Source of the DNA: a virus
Taxonomy: Duplodnaviria; Heunggongvirae; Uroviricota; Caudoviricetes
Virus record (IMG/VR): IMGVR_UViG_2609459861_000003
Span: 1 to 14,270 of that record
Reading direction: 5' to 3' (one strand)
Length of the DNA stretch: 14,270 bases
Shown: positions 1 to 7,738 of the stretch, one piece after another
Position numbering within the stretch: position 1 is the first letter of the stretch
Layout of the letters: each line of letters begins with the position of its first letter
Made by a program: the position numbers and the translations under genes
Notes under the pieces: generated by a model
What the model was told of the DNA's origin: nothing
The model's input: the letters and a program-made list of their open reading frames with translations, nothing else
Database searches by the model: none

Positions 1-1173
1 TCAGGCCTTATGGTGGAAATAATCACTCAGGCGGGAAAACATGCTGCCTTCCCCGACAGATTCCAGGGTAACCAGCGGCCAGTGCGCCACCTGTTTATCA
101 CGGTCGTAAAGTTCAATTTCCCCTACCCGCTGATGGGAGCTAATTGGCGCGGTGAGCTCTTTACCATCAAGGGTATATTTGGCTTTGATATGTGGAATTT
201 CGGCTTTCGGTAGCACCATCCAGAACTCTTGTTCCGTTCCCAGGGCGATATTTTCTTTATCGCCATACCAGATGCGTTCCGTACCGACCTTTTTCCCACG
301 GTGCAAAATTTGCACCGTAGTAAAGTTTTGTTGCCCCCAACGCAGTAATTTTCTTGCCTCTTCCTCACGACCTTTTGCACTGTCAGCCCCCATTACCACT
401 GCAATGAGACGACGCTGCCCATCTACAGCCGAAGCAATGAGGTTAAAACCGGCACCAGAAGTATGACCCGTTTTCAGGCCGTCAACATTCATGGTTTTAT
501 CCCACAATAACCCGTTACGGTTTTGCTGAGTGATACCGTTCCAGGTGAGGCTTTTCTCACTGTACATATGATAAAACTCGGGCTCGCCGTGGATGATAGC
601 GCGAGAAAGCACGGCTAAATCATAAGCCGAGCTATGCTGGCCAGGTGCATCCAGACCATGCACTGTTTCAAAATGCGTATCCTTGAGATGCAGCTTCTCG
701 GCATAGTTGTTCATCATTTCAACAAACTGCCGTTGCCCACCGGCAATATAGTCAGCCAGAGCAACACAAGCGTCATTTCCGGAATCCACAATTAAACCAC
801 GGCTTAAATCACGTACCGATACGCGATCGCCCTCTTTCAAAAACATCAGTGAAGAACCGACAAACACCGGATTATCTTTCGCCCACGCATCACGCCCCAC
901 GGTGACAATATCGTCTGGCGTAATGCGATGACTATCGATAGCGCGATCCACGACATAACCCGTCATCAGCTTTGTCAGGCTGGCGGGATTGCGCTGTTGA
1001 TGCTCATTACCCGCGGTGAGAATCTGACCGGTGGTGTAATCCATCAGTACCCAGGACCCGGCTTGAATCTGTGGAGGCTGAGGTGAAAAAGGAATGTTTT
1101 CCGCCGCAAAACCAGACGATAAGTTAAAAACGAACAAAGAAGCGGCAATAATAAGACGGCGTTTCAACAGCAA
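1..1173 (-). CDS. dacD: D-alanyl-D-alanine carboxypeptidase DacD (PBP6b), S11 serine peptidase
   Basis: Complete 390-aa ORF with stop at 1-3. N-terminal signal-peptide-like segment; SxxK (SLTK), SGN and KTG active-site motifs of class A low-MW PBPs. Distinct from DacA/DacC as recalled. Divergent neighbour is sbcB, as at the E. coli dacD locus. Confidence 0.85.
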   Translation of the reverse strand: MLLKRRLIIAASLFVFNLSSGFAAENIPFSPQPPQIQAGSWVLMDYTTGQILTAGNEHQQRNPASLTKLMTGYVVDRAIDSHRITPDDIVTVGRDAWAKDNPVFVGSSLMFLKEGDRVSVRDLSRGLIVDSGNDACVALADYIAGGQRQFVEMMNNYAEKLHLKDTHFETVHGLDAPGQHSSAYDLAVLSRAIIHGEPEFYHMYSEKSLTWNGITQQNRNGLLWDKTMNVDGLKTGHTSGAGFNLIASAVDGQRRLIAVVMGADSAKGREEEARKLLRWGQQNFTTVQILHRGKKVGTERIWYGDKENIALGTEQEFWMVLPKAEIPHIKAKYTLDGKELTAPISSHQRVGEIELYDRDKQVAHWPLVTLESVGEGSMFSRLSDYFHHKA

Positions 1174-1375
1174 ACCCTCAGGAGTTTCAAATAGCTGTTC
1201 TTTTTACGGAAATACTTATGAACTGGCTGGAATAAAGTGCAAGAAAATGTGACTACCCTCCCATTTTTATCTGACATGATCTGTTGCCACTCGCTGTCAA
1301 ATTATCGCGCTAAAGCTGATTAGCACGGTGATATTTGATACTCTGGCAGACAGCAGAAATAACGGATTTAACCTA

Positions 1376-1438
1376 ATGATGAATGACGGTAAGCAACAAT
1401 CTACCTTTTTGTTTCACGATTACGCGCAATACCCCTGA
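1376..1438 (+). pseudogene. sbcB: Exonuclease I (sbcB) 5' end interrupted by prophage insertion
   Basis: ATGATGAATGACGGTAAG... encodes MMNDGKQQSTFLFHDY, matching the SbcB N-terminus as recalled (next residues should be ETFG). Here the frame continues AQYP then stops at 1436-1438, so host/phage junction is at about 1424/1425. Confidence 0.6.
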
Positions 1439-1810
1439 GAACCGCCATGAACAAGGGTTTCATGATTTGTGATTTTAGTTTGGTACGCAATTTGGTACAC
1501 AACACAATTTTCACTTCAGCGGGTAGTCATCAAACTCACCATAACGAGCATCGTTAATGATGTATGTGATCACCACAAACATCACATCTGGAATAGTTCC
1601 GTTTTCATGCGCAGGTATTTGTTCACGCCTCCCTTTCTGCAAATCCTAAAGATGAGATTTTGGGGTTTTGGGATATCTTTTATCCTCAGTTCTCTATCCA
1701 TTATGCAAACCAGTAATGAACCATCACCGTGTGATAGTGAGGCATCTGCCACGATAAGCGCAGAGAAATGATGCAGTGGTGGGCGGACTGGCTGGACGAA
1801 AAGACACAGT

Positions 1811-1844
1811 AATCAAAAGCGGCAGGCCACATAAAAAGCCTGCC
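1811..1844 (-). terminator. Putative intrinsic terminator of the LexA-controlled operon
   Basis: Inverted repeat GGCAGGC / GCCTGCC (1821-1827 and 1838-1844) with a 10-nt loop, directly after the stop at 1845-1847; followed on the minus-strand RNA by GCUUUUGAUU. Confidence 0.45.
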
Positions 1845-2162
1845 TTATACCGCTACGCTGTCACTTCTCACATCGATGATGGTGTGTGTCACCACGCCGG
1901 CGACAGTGATATCATCCAGGGCCTCGCCTTCAATCGCTTCGCCGTCTTCAGTAATCAGGGCCCTCCCTCTCAACGTGGCAAGCTCAGTCCCGCCGCCGTG
2001 CTGGATCAGAACCTGACTACCCTGCTTTGGCTTCAGGGAGATATCCAGCACAACATAACCGCCATCCCTTTCGAAAACGCGGGTGTTAGGACCAACATTG
2101 CATATCGAGTTAACGGACAGTCGCTGCTCGACGTAGTCCGCTGCGGGTGAAGGAAAGCCCAT
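1845..2162 (-). CDS. UmuD'-like S24-family protein (HumD-like); Ser/Lys catalytic dyad apparently absent
   Basis: 105 aa starting MGFPSPAADYVEQR, which matches UmuD immediately after its Cys24-Gly25 self-cleavage site (recalled UmuD: ...CGFPSPAADYVEQRIDLN...). C-terminus DDITVAGVVTHTIIDVR parallels UmuD DTLDVFGVVIHVVKAMR. No GDSM serine motif and no aligned catalytic Lys visible by eye. ATG overlaps upstream stop by 1 nt (TAATG). Confidence 0.6.
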   Translation of the reverse strand: MGFPSPAADYVEQRLSVNSICNVGPNTRVFERDGGYVVLDISLKPKQGSQVLIQHGGGTELATLRGRALITEDGEAIEGEALDDITVAGVVTHTIIDVRSDSVAV

Positions 2163-2401
2163 TACAAAACCCTACCCATGTTAGCCATCATCCACAAACG
2201 GTTTTCGCTATGGTCGGTGGTTTTGTCGACAAAGTACGTCTGCTCTCTAGATATCCACGCATTAGCCTCTGAGTCGGTAAAGTGCAGCCCACGCCGGAGC
2301 AGCGCTGACACAAAATCCTTTGTATGCAGATACTGGTAGCCTTTGGAGTTGCGCAATACCGACTCGCGGAAAGCCTGATAGATGTCTGACTGACGGTGCA
2401 T
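2162..2401 (-). CDS. Hypothetical 79-aa protein, first gene of LexA-box operon
   Basis: ATG at 2401-2399 preceded by GGAGGG with 6-nt spacer; LexA box 19 bp upstream; translationally coupled to the downstream UmuD'-like gene. No family recognised. Confidence 0.55.
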   Translation of the reverse strand: MHRQSDIYQAFRESVLRNSKGYQYLHTKDFVSALLRRGLHFTDSEANAWISREQTYFVDKTTDHSENRLWMMANMGRVL

Positions 2402-2419
2402 GATCTTCCCTCCGATGAT

Positions 2420-2439
2420 TACTGTTTTTATATACAGTA
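2420..2439 (-). promoter_or_regulatory. LexA (SOS) box overlapping the promoter of the 79-aa/UmuD'-like operon
   Basis: Minus strand reads TACTGTATATAAAAACAGTA = CTG-N10-CAG with perfect TACTG/CAGTA arms and AT-rich centre (consensus TACTGTATATATATACAGTA). Flanked by a 10-bp inverted repeat TGATCTTCCC / GGGAAGATCA. Confidence 0.7.
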
Positions 2440-2620
2440 GTTTTACTGTAAGGGAAGATCAATAGCTGTTGCGACTATCAATGGTAGTAACCGGAAATGT
2501 TACTGAATCATATGACTTTGTTGGCGTTCAGCCAATGAATTCCATCTGTTGAAGTATTGGCTACGGCACTGGAAGGTTCATTGGTTTGAATGCTCTGCCA
2601 TCAAAGCCTAGTGGTGATTA

Positions 2621-2872
2621 TTAATCAATTATTGAGAAATTGCTCAGGTATGTTTCTTTAGCCAAAGAAAACACATCATCAGGTTCTCCACTGAGAGTTA
2701 CTACGTTGAAATCGAATATTTTATTTTCCTTGCCCTCTCCATCATAAATTCCGATAGCACTGATATAAAGATCTCCATCTTTCACGGTGTCATCTATGTA
2801 GGCAAAACATCCTACCTTCGATTCGCCATAGCGAGAGTTCGTCGATATGTAATCACCTTTCATGTAAGTCAT
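2621..2872 (-). CDS. Hypothetical 83-aa protein, AT-rich, coupled to the tailspike gene
   Basis: ATG at 2872-2870 overlaps the tailspike stop (ATGA overlap); ORF track gives an alternative TTG start at 2884. No family recognised. Confidence 0.45.
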   Translation of the reverse strand: MTYMKGDYISTNSRYGESKVGCFAYIDDTVKDGDLYISAIGIYDGEGKENKIFDFNVVTLSGEPDDVFSLAKETYLSNFSIID

Positions 2873-4203
2873 AGTGTTCCCCAAGCAGCTCTGAAGATGG
2901 AATATGCGTATGCGCTATTTAAATAAGATGTGTAGTCTCCGGCAATATAGTCCTGACTGGATACATCCCATTTCCTTACTACAGCATAGGATGATGTGAC
3001 GCTATAAACTAAATAATAATAACCGTTTATTAGCATGTATTCACCGGCAGACAGTAGCGAGCTCCCCATGGCTATTACTGTTTCTCCAGAAACAATCGTA
3101 TTGTATAGCGAGTAAGCAGGCCCCCAGCCACTGTTGAATGGCAAATTGCCTGTAGCCCGAATGAGGTTATCTTCCCCAGTCGTAGCGGAATACATCATGT
3201 ACGGCGCGGTGAATGAACAGCGATAGTACCTAGTGTTGTTTGCGGATGGCCAACCACGAGGTGTCGTGTTGTACGGTATGCCATCTGTCTGAACTCCGTT
3301 GTAGACCTGCTGAACCATTCTTGTATAGACACATCCGTTAGATTTTTTGGGAACGTAAAGAAAACACCTGCCAATGCTTTCATGGTTATTCACCCCAATA
3401 TCAACGTAAATCATCCCTCCAGTTGTCACAAAGGAGTCAATACAGTTTTTTAGTGTGTTGTTATAAACGCGAGTGTAACCAACTGCATTCTTCCAGCGGA
3501 TGCCCTGGCTGGAGGCAATATCCGCCCCTGTTATCGTGCATCCAATTACAGAACAATTATACGCAGCTGTATTTATCCGGTTAAAGAAAACACCAGAGTT
3601 ACTAAATCCTGAAATACGGCACGAAGATATTGCCACGTTTCCGCATGATTCGATGAACACTCCTACGCTTACATCACGGATAGTGTTATTACTAACAACA
3701 ACATCCTCCGCAACTCCCTGTCCAGATTCGTCAGTTACGTTACCAAAGATATCAATGCCATTATCACCGCAGGAGGCCACGGCACATCCCGTAATGGTCA
3801 TCCCGTTGGGGCGTTCACACTGAATGCCAATATATTCAACGTTGTGAACGTAGCAGTTCATAATTCTTGAGTTAGAACAGCCATAAACCGTATTGTTAGC
3901 TCGGCGTAAATAAATCCCTCCAGAAGTGCTATCTATCGCCTTAACGTTATCAATAGTGACATTATCCGAGTCCAAGATATTAATGCAGGTAATCCCCGTT
4001 CCGGCAGCGGTGCCACGGCTGCCGTTAAGCGTGATCCCCTGAATCTTGCAGTTATCGGCGGCGCCTTCCCAGTTTGTAATGATTGCGCCGCTGGCTGAGC
4101 CAGTAAAATTGCCATCAAGCGTGATTGCTCCGCCGCCCATCAGTGTTACACCACTACGCATACACAGCGCACCTCGACCCGCAGCAACCTCACCAGGTAT
4201 CAA
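2869..4203 (-). CDS. Tailspike/tail-fiber protein fragment with right-handed parallel beta-helix (pectate-lyase-like); N-terminal virion-binding part missing
   Basis: 444-aa ORF rich in Gly/Asn/Ser/Thr/Val/Ile/Cys repeats typical of beta-helix rungs (e.g. NCYVHNVEYIGIQCERPNGMTITGCAVASCGDNGIDIFGN). Frame is open upstream to 4266 with no ATG and no RBS; first listed start is TTG. Abuts the helicase fragment. Confidence 0.65.
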   Translation of the reverse strand: MIPGEVAAGRGALCMRSGVTLMGGGAITLDGNFTGSASGAIITNWEGAADNCKIQGITLNGSRGTAAGTGITCINILDSDNVTIDNVKAIDSTSGGIYLRRANNTVYGCSNSRIMNCYVHNVEYIGIQCERPNGMTITGCAVASCGDNGIDIFGNVTDESGQGVAEDVVVSNNTIRDVSVGVFIESCGNVAISSCRISGFSNSGVFFNRINTAAYNCSVIGCTITGADIASSQGIRWKNAVGYTRVYNNTLKNCIDSFVTTGGMIYVDIGVNNHESIGRCFLYVPKKSNGCVYTRMVQQVYNGVQTDGIPYNTTPRGWPSANNTRYYRCSFTAPYMMYSATTGEDNLIRATGNLPFNSGWGPAYSLYNTIVSGETVIAMGSSLLSAGEYMLINGYYYLVYSVTSSYAVVRKWDVSSQDYIAGDYTSYLNSAYAYSIFRAAWGTL

Positions 4204-4601
4204 AGTTGAATTAGGATTGAGAGTAACGGAGAATTCACCTCCAATGAGAATATTGGTTGGGCCGCTTCACGAACCTGCATTGCATAGGCAACGATGTTTG
4301 CGGCGCTTGGCGTGTTCTTTGCGATCTCAGCGATATAAGCAAAACCGCCAACAGACGCCGTTAACGATTTACGCTCCAGTTCATCGAAAAGCGTCAGGCC
4401 ATCTACTGGCTTTTGCTCCCGGTGCATTCTGGTTATCTCTTCGAAAAGAATTTTGTGTGGTCGGCTGTAAAATGAATCAGGCTTCAGCATCGCCAGAACT
4501 TTCTGGACGCGCTCACTGCTGTCATCATCCAGAAGCAATCCACCAATCACCGCCTGCTCTGCCTCGATGCTATGGGGCGGCGCATAAAAATTATCGGTCA
4601 T
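4200..4601 (-). pseudogene. DnaB-family replicative helicase, N-terminal fragment only (P22 gene 12-like), truncated at deletion junction
   Basis: MTDNFYAPPHSIEAEQAVIGGLLLDD...GGFAYIAEIAKNTPSAANIVAYA matches the DnaB N-terminal domain (E. coli DnaB PPHSIEAEQSVLGG...GGFAYLAELSKNTPSAANISAYA). Only about 115 helicase-like residues, then unrelated sequence and a stop at 4200-4202. RBS GAGG before ATG at 4601. Confidence 0.75.
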
Positions 4602-5481
4602 CGTGTTCACCCTCACGAACTTTCAGGTAGGTATTGTCGTTAAGCAGGAAATCAAATCCCTTTTTGTGCCAGACGGTTCCGCGCTGATGGTTTGGGCGCT
4701 CTTCGAACATCCATCGGCAATTTTCGCCTACGTAGCTCAAATAATTTCTCCAGTCCTGCATCGTGAACCCATGCCCGTCAAGCTGGCGGGTTATCACTCC
4801 GGCTTTGCGCCAGAACGTTCGGATCTGGTTTTTACGCTTGTCATTCAGTGCGCGGATTTTTGGCGCTTCAGGAAGGATTTCGTGGTAAGCATCGACAACA
4901 TCCTGACAGCTAACGGAAGGTTTTTTCTTGTCAGACTTTTTGTCTGCTGCGGTACTCTCTAATACGTCAGTATTAGAGATATTATTTATATTATTGTTTA
5001 TGGACAACCGTTGGACAACCGTTGGACAATCTCCGCTGAGAGCCGCGCCATTACTGGTGTTTGCGTTGGACAACCGTTGGACAACCGTTGGACAATTTTT
5101 TGCCTGAAAATCGTCATATTTAACGATTGTAAACAGGCTAAATTTCTTCCCCATCGAGCAAATATTAAGCATCCCTTTCGACTCAAAAGTCCGCAATAAG
5201 CTCCGAACTTTGTTGTCGGGGATGAATGTTTCTCTGACCAGCGACGGGCGTCCAGTTATCATCTGACCGCGATCAACAGTTATCGGCCCGATATCCGTAT
5301 TGACGACAGTAGATTCGTGATTAGCCTTGAGGATTAAGTGAAGCCAAAGATGTACTGCCTGAGAGTCCTTATAGAGCCTGCTGTCCATAAACTGGCGGTG
5401 TATAGAGACATACCCCATACTGGATGCCTCCTGATGTTGTACAGGGTTATGCCTGTAATCAGCTAACTTAACGACGCCCAT
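4591..5481 (-). CDS. Replication initiation protein, lambda O / P22 gp18 analogue, with origin iterons inside the gene
   Basis: 296-aa ORF with GGAG RBS before ATG at 5481; located cII -> O -> helicase as in lambdoid phages; contains the iteron cluster. Sequence unlike lambda O. Confidence 0.7.
   Translation of the reverse strand: MGVVKLADYRHNPVQHQEASSMGYVSIHRQFMDSRLYKDSQAVHLWLHLILKANHESTVVNTDIGPITVDRGQMITGRPSLVRETFIPDNKVRSLLRTFESKGMLNICSMGKKFSLFTIVKYDDFQAKNCPTVVQRLSNANTSNGAALSGDCPTVVQRLSINNNINNISNTDVLESTAADKKSDKKKPSVSCQDVVDAYHEILPEAPKIRALNDKRKNQIRTFWRKAGVITRQLDGHGFTMQDWRNYLSYVGENCRWMFEERPNHQRGTVWHKKGFDFLLNDNTYLKVREGEHDDR
4960..5097. repeat. Phage replication origin: two clusters of three 11-bp iterons (GTTGGACAACC, GTTG/CAAC dyad) plus adjacent AT-rich unwinding region
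   Basis: Direct repeats at about 5000-5029 and 5065-5095 with exact 11-bp periodicity; AT-rich stretch 4960-5000 immediately downstream in the direction of O transcription. Confidence 0.7.
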
Positions 5482-5639
5482 GTTTCACTCCTGCTTTGGC
5501 TAGTCTGTAAACACCAACAAGGCGCTCTGCGAACGCCCTGTTATTTGCTGCGGCTACCACTAATCCCTCAGGTGAATCAGGGTGTCGAATCTCTTCTTTT
5601 TCCTGGTATTTCTTACGACGTTTTGTCATAATTACTCCT

Positions 5640-5716
5640 GTGGATTGATCCAGTAATTCCCTCAGAATTGCATATCAATTTGCTTAAAATCCTCGGTGGC
5701 GGCCGGGGATTTTTTC
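5640..5716 (+). ncRNA. oop: oop-like antisense RNA overlapping the cII 3' end
   Basis: Sequence GTGGATTGATCCAGTAAT...CCTCGGTGGCGGCCGGGGATTTTTTCTTT is colinear with lambda oop as recalled (GTTGATAGATCCAGTAATGACC...GGTTGCCGCCGGGCGTTTTTTATT). Terminator hairpin CCUCGG/CCGGGG (5691-5708) plus U-run; candidate -10 CATAAT at 5627-5632. Confidence 0.6.
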
Positions 5717-5958
5717 TTTGTGACTTCATCAAGCGCATACTTAAAAGCCCTGCTAATCGGACTGATGTCTGATGCCATTCCAAAAGCACACAAGACCGAA
5801 GCAATAAATCTCCAGTCCGTTCTGCTTATCTTCGATTCATGACAGCCAATCATCTTTGCCAGACCGCGCTGGGTAAGCGTTGACAGGTTGATGAGTAAAT
5901 CAGTTTCAGCGCGATCAATTTCTCGCTGTGTTGGCTTGCTGTAACTTGCTTGTGTCAT
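5662..5958 (-). CDS. cII: CII-family transcriptional activator (lambda cII / P22 c1 homologue)
   Basis: 98 aa; C-terminus KKKSPAATEDFKQIDMQF parallels lambda CII KKRPAATERSEQIQMEF; position between cro and O; overlapped by oop and by the PRE -35. Confidence 0.8.
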   Translation of the reverse strand: MTQASYSKPTQREIDRAETDLLINLSTLTQRGLAKMIGCHESKISRTDWRFIASVLCAFGMASDISPISRAFKYALDEVTKKKSPAATEDFKQIDMQF

Positions 5959-5967
5959 TTGTTAATT
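5936..5967 (+). promoter_or_regulatory. PRE-like CII-dependent promoter (TTGC-N6-TTGC) directed toward cI
   Basis: TTGCTGTAACTTGC at 5936-5949 overlapping the cII start codon, with candidate -10 TTAATT at 5962-5967; same arrangement as lambda PRE. Confidence 0.6.
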
Positions 5968-6042
5968 TTCCAATAGTGAATAGTTAGTTGAAAGGTATGC
6001 GTGGAAACGCATATGGCCTTAGTTGGTCAGATATATTGGGAC

Positions 6043-6057
6043 TCGCTTTGTCAGCGA
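6043..6057 (-). promoter_or_regulatory. nutR boxB-like hairpin, P22 type (loop GACAA)
   Basis: Minus-strand UCGCU-GACAA-AGCGA between cro and cII; same loop as the nutL hairpin. Confidence 0.5.
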
Positions 6058-6095
6058 CGTAGGACGAATGTCCATTGTGAAAATAGCGGTGTTAC

Positions 6096-6305
<210 letters not shown>

Positions 6306-6322
6306 TTAGTACATGCAACCAT

Positions 6323-6386
6323 TATCACCGCTAGAGGTAAAATAGTCAACACGCACGGTGTTAGATATTTATCCCTTGCGGTGATA
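6323..6386. promoter_or_regulatory. OR1-OR2-OR3 operators with divergent PR (toward cro) and PRM (toward cI)
   Basis: OR1 TATCACCGCTAGAGGTA (6323-6339), OR2 CAACACGCACGGTGTTA (6347-6363), OR3 TATCCCTTGCGGTGATA (6370-6386). PRM -35 TAGATA / -10 TAGATT with leaderless cI ATG at 6397. Confidence 0.9.
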
Positions 6387-6393
6387 GATTTAA

Positions 6394-7110
<717 letters not shown>

Positions 7111-7258
7111 TCGGCAAGGTGTTCTGGTCGGCGCATAGCTGGTGAAAAAATTATTTAATGCGGTGTATTGGCTGATTGTAACCCCATGTAACATCTTGCC
7201 GTCACCATTTCGGTGGTTAGATTTTTAATAAAAAAACAAATGTATAGCAAGGTTTTTT

Positions 7259-7738
7259 ATGGATAAAATTAATTACCCACCCCTGTTTGAGCCAGGGTTC
7301 CATGACATGGATGAAGCTGGATTAAAATCGTATTGTGTCGATTGCTTTCCTTCATCATCCAGGCGAGGCATGCTATACTGTAATTTTATACAGCTACTCG
7401 AATCTATTCGAGAATTATCTGCTCAATATGGCTGTTTTACAGAAATATGGGTTGATGGTTCATACACCACGTCTAAACCAGAGCCTGATGATATTGATAT
7501 TTTGTTGGTATGTGACTATAGCAATATAAACTCAATACCTGTCATGCTTCGGGGCCGCGTCGATAATTTGCTTGACCGAAACTACATCAAACAAAACTAC
7601 AAAATTGATGTCCTACTACTCATGAAGAATTTAGATGACCCTAACTATGATTATGAGTACTGGCGTAGCTACTGGCGCGGTTGGTTTGGTTTTGATCGCA
7701 GTGAAAACCCGAAAGGGTTAGTGAGGATTTTTTTATGA
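7259..7738 (+). CDS. Nucleotidyltransferase-fold protein (Pol-beta-like NTase motif), first gene of rex-position cassette
   Basis: 159 aa; helix then FTEIWVDGSYTTSKPEPDDIDILLV, i.e. hG[GS]-x9-DxD with G67-S68 and D78/D80, and a third acidic residue in KIDVLLL (D117). Stop overlaps next start (ATGA). Confidence 0.6.
   Translation: MDKINYPPLFEPGFHDMDEAGLKSYCVDCFPSSSRRGMLYCNFIQLLESIRELSAQYGCFTEIWVDGSYTTSKPEPDDIDILLVCDYSNINSIPVMLRGRVDNLLDRNYIKQNYKIDVLLLMKNLDDPNYDYEYWRSYWRGWFGFDRSENPKGLVRIFL

Noticed and set aside
1469-1771. 100-aa plus-strand ORF near the prophage end
   Set aside because: No RBS, odd composition, and it lies in the presumed att arm region with direct repeats; likely non-coding.
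1776-2150. 124-aa plus-strand ORF
   Set aside because: Antisense to the UmuD'-like gene, which has clear homology, a coupled upstream partner, an RBS and a LexA box; the plus ORF has none.
4200-4260. PIFSLEV motif in the helicase-frame tail resembling the DnaB IFSLEM motif, suggesting an internal rather than terminal truncation
   Set aside because: These codons are read in the tailspike frame upstream of 4203 and make sense as beta-helix sequence; the resemblance in the other frame is most likely coincidental.
4998-5199. Tandem 11-bp repeats that could be mistaken for a CRISPR array, plus the overlapping 62-aa ORFs on both strands
   Set aside because: Repeats are contiguous with no spacers and lie inside the replication-initiator gene next to an AT-rich region, which is the classic iteron origin; the 62-aa ORFs are repeat-generated artefacts.
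5613-5804. 63-aa minus-strand ORF overlapping the cII 3' end
   Set aside because: Out-of-frame overlap with cII and with the oop RNA region; arginine-rich translation typical of a spurious frame.
5993-6013. Hairpin ATGCG-tggaaa-CGCAT between cro and cII as a tR1 terminator
   Set aside because: The downstream U-tract on the minus-strand RNA is weak and lambda tR1 is Rho-dependent, so the sequence alone cannot support a terminator call.
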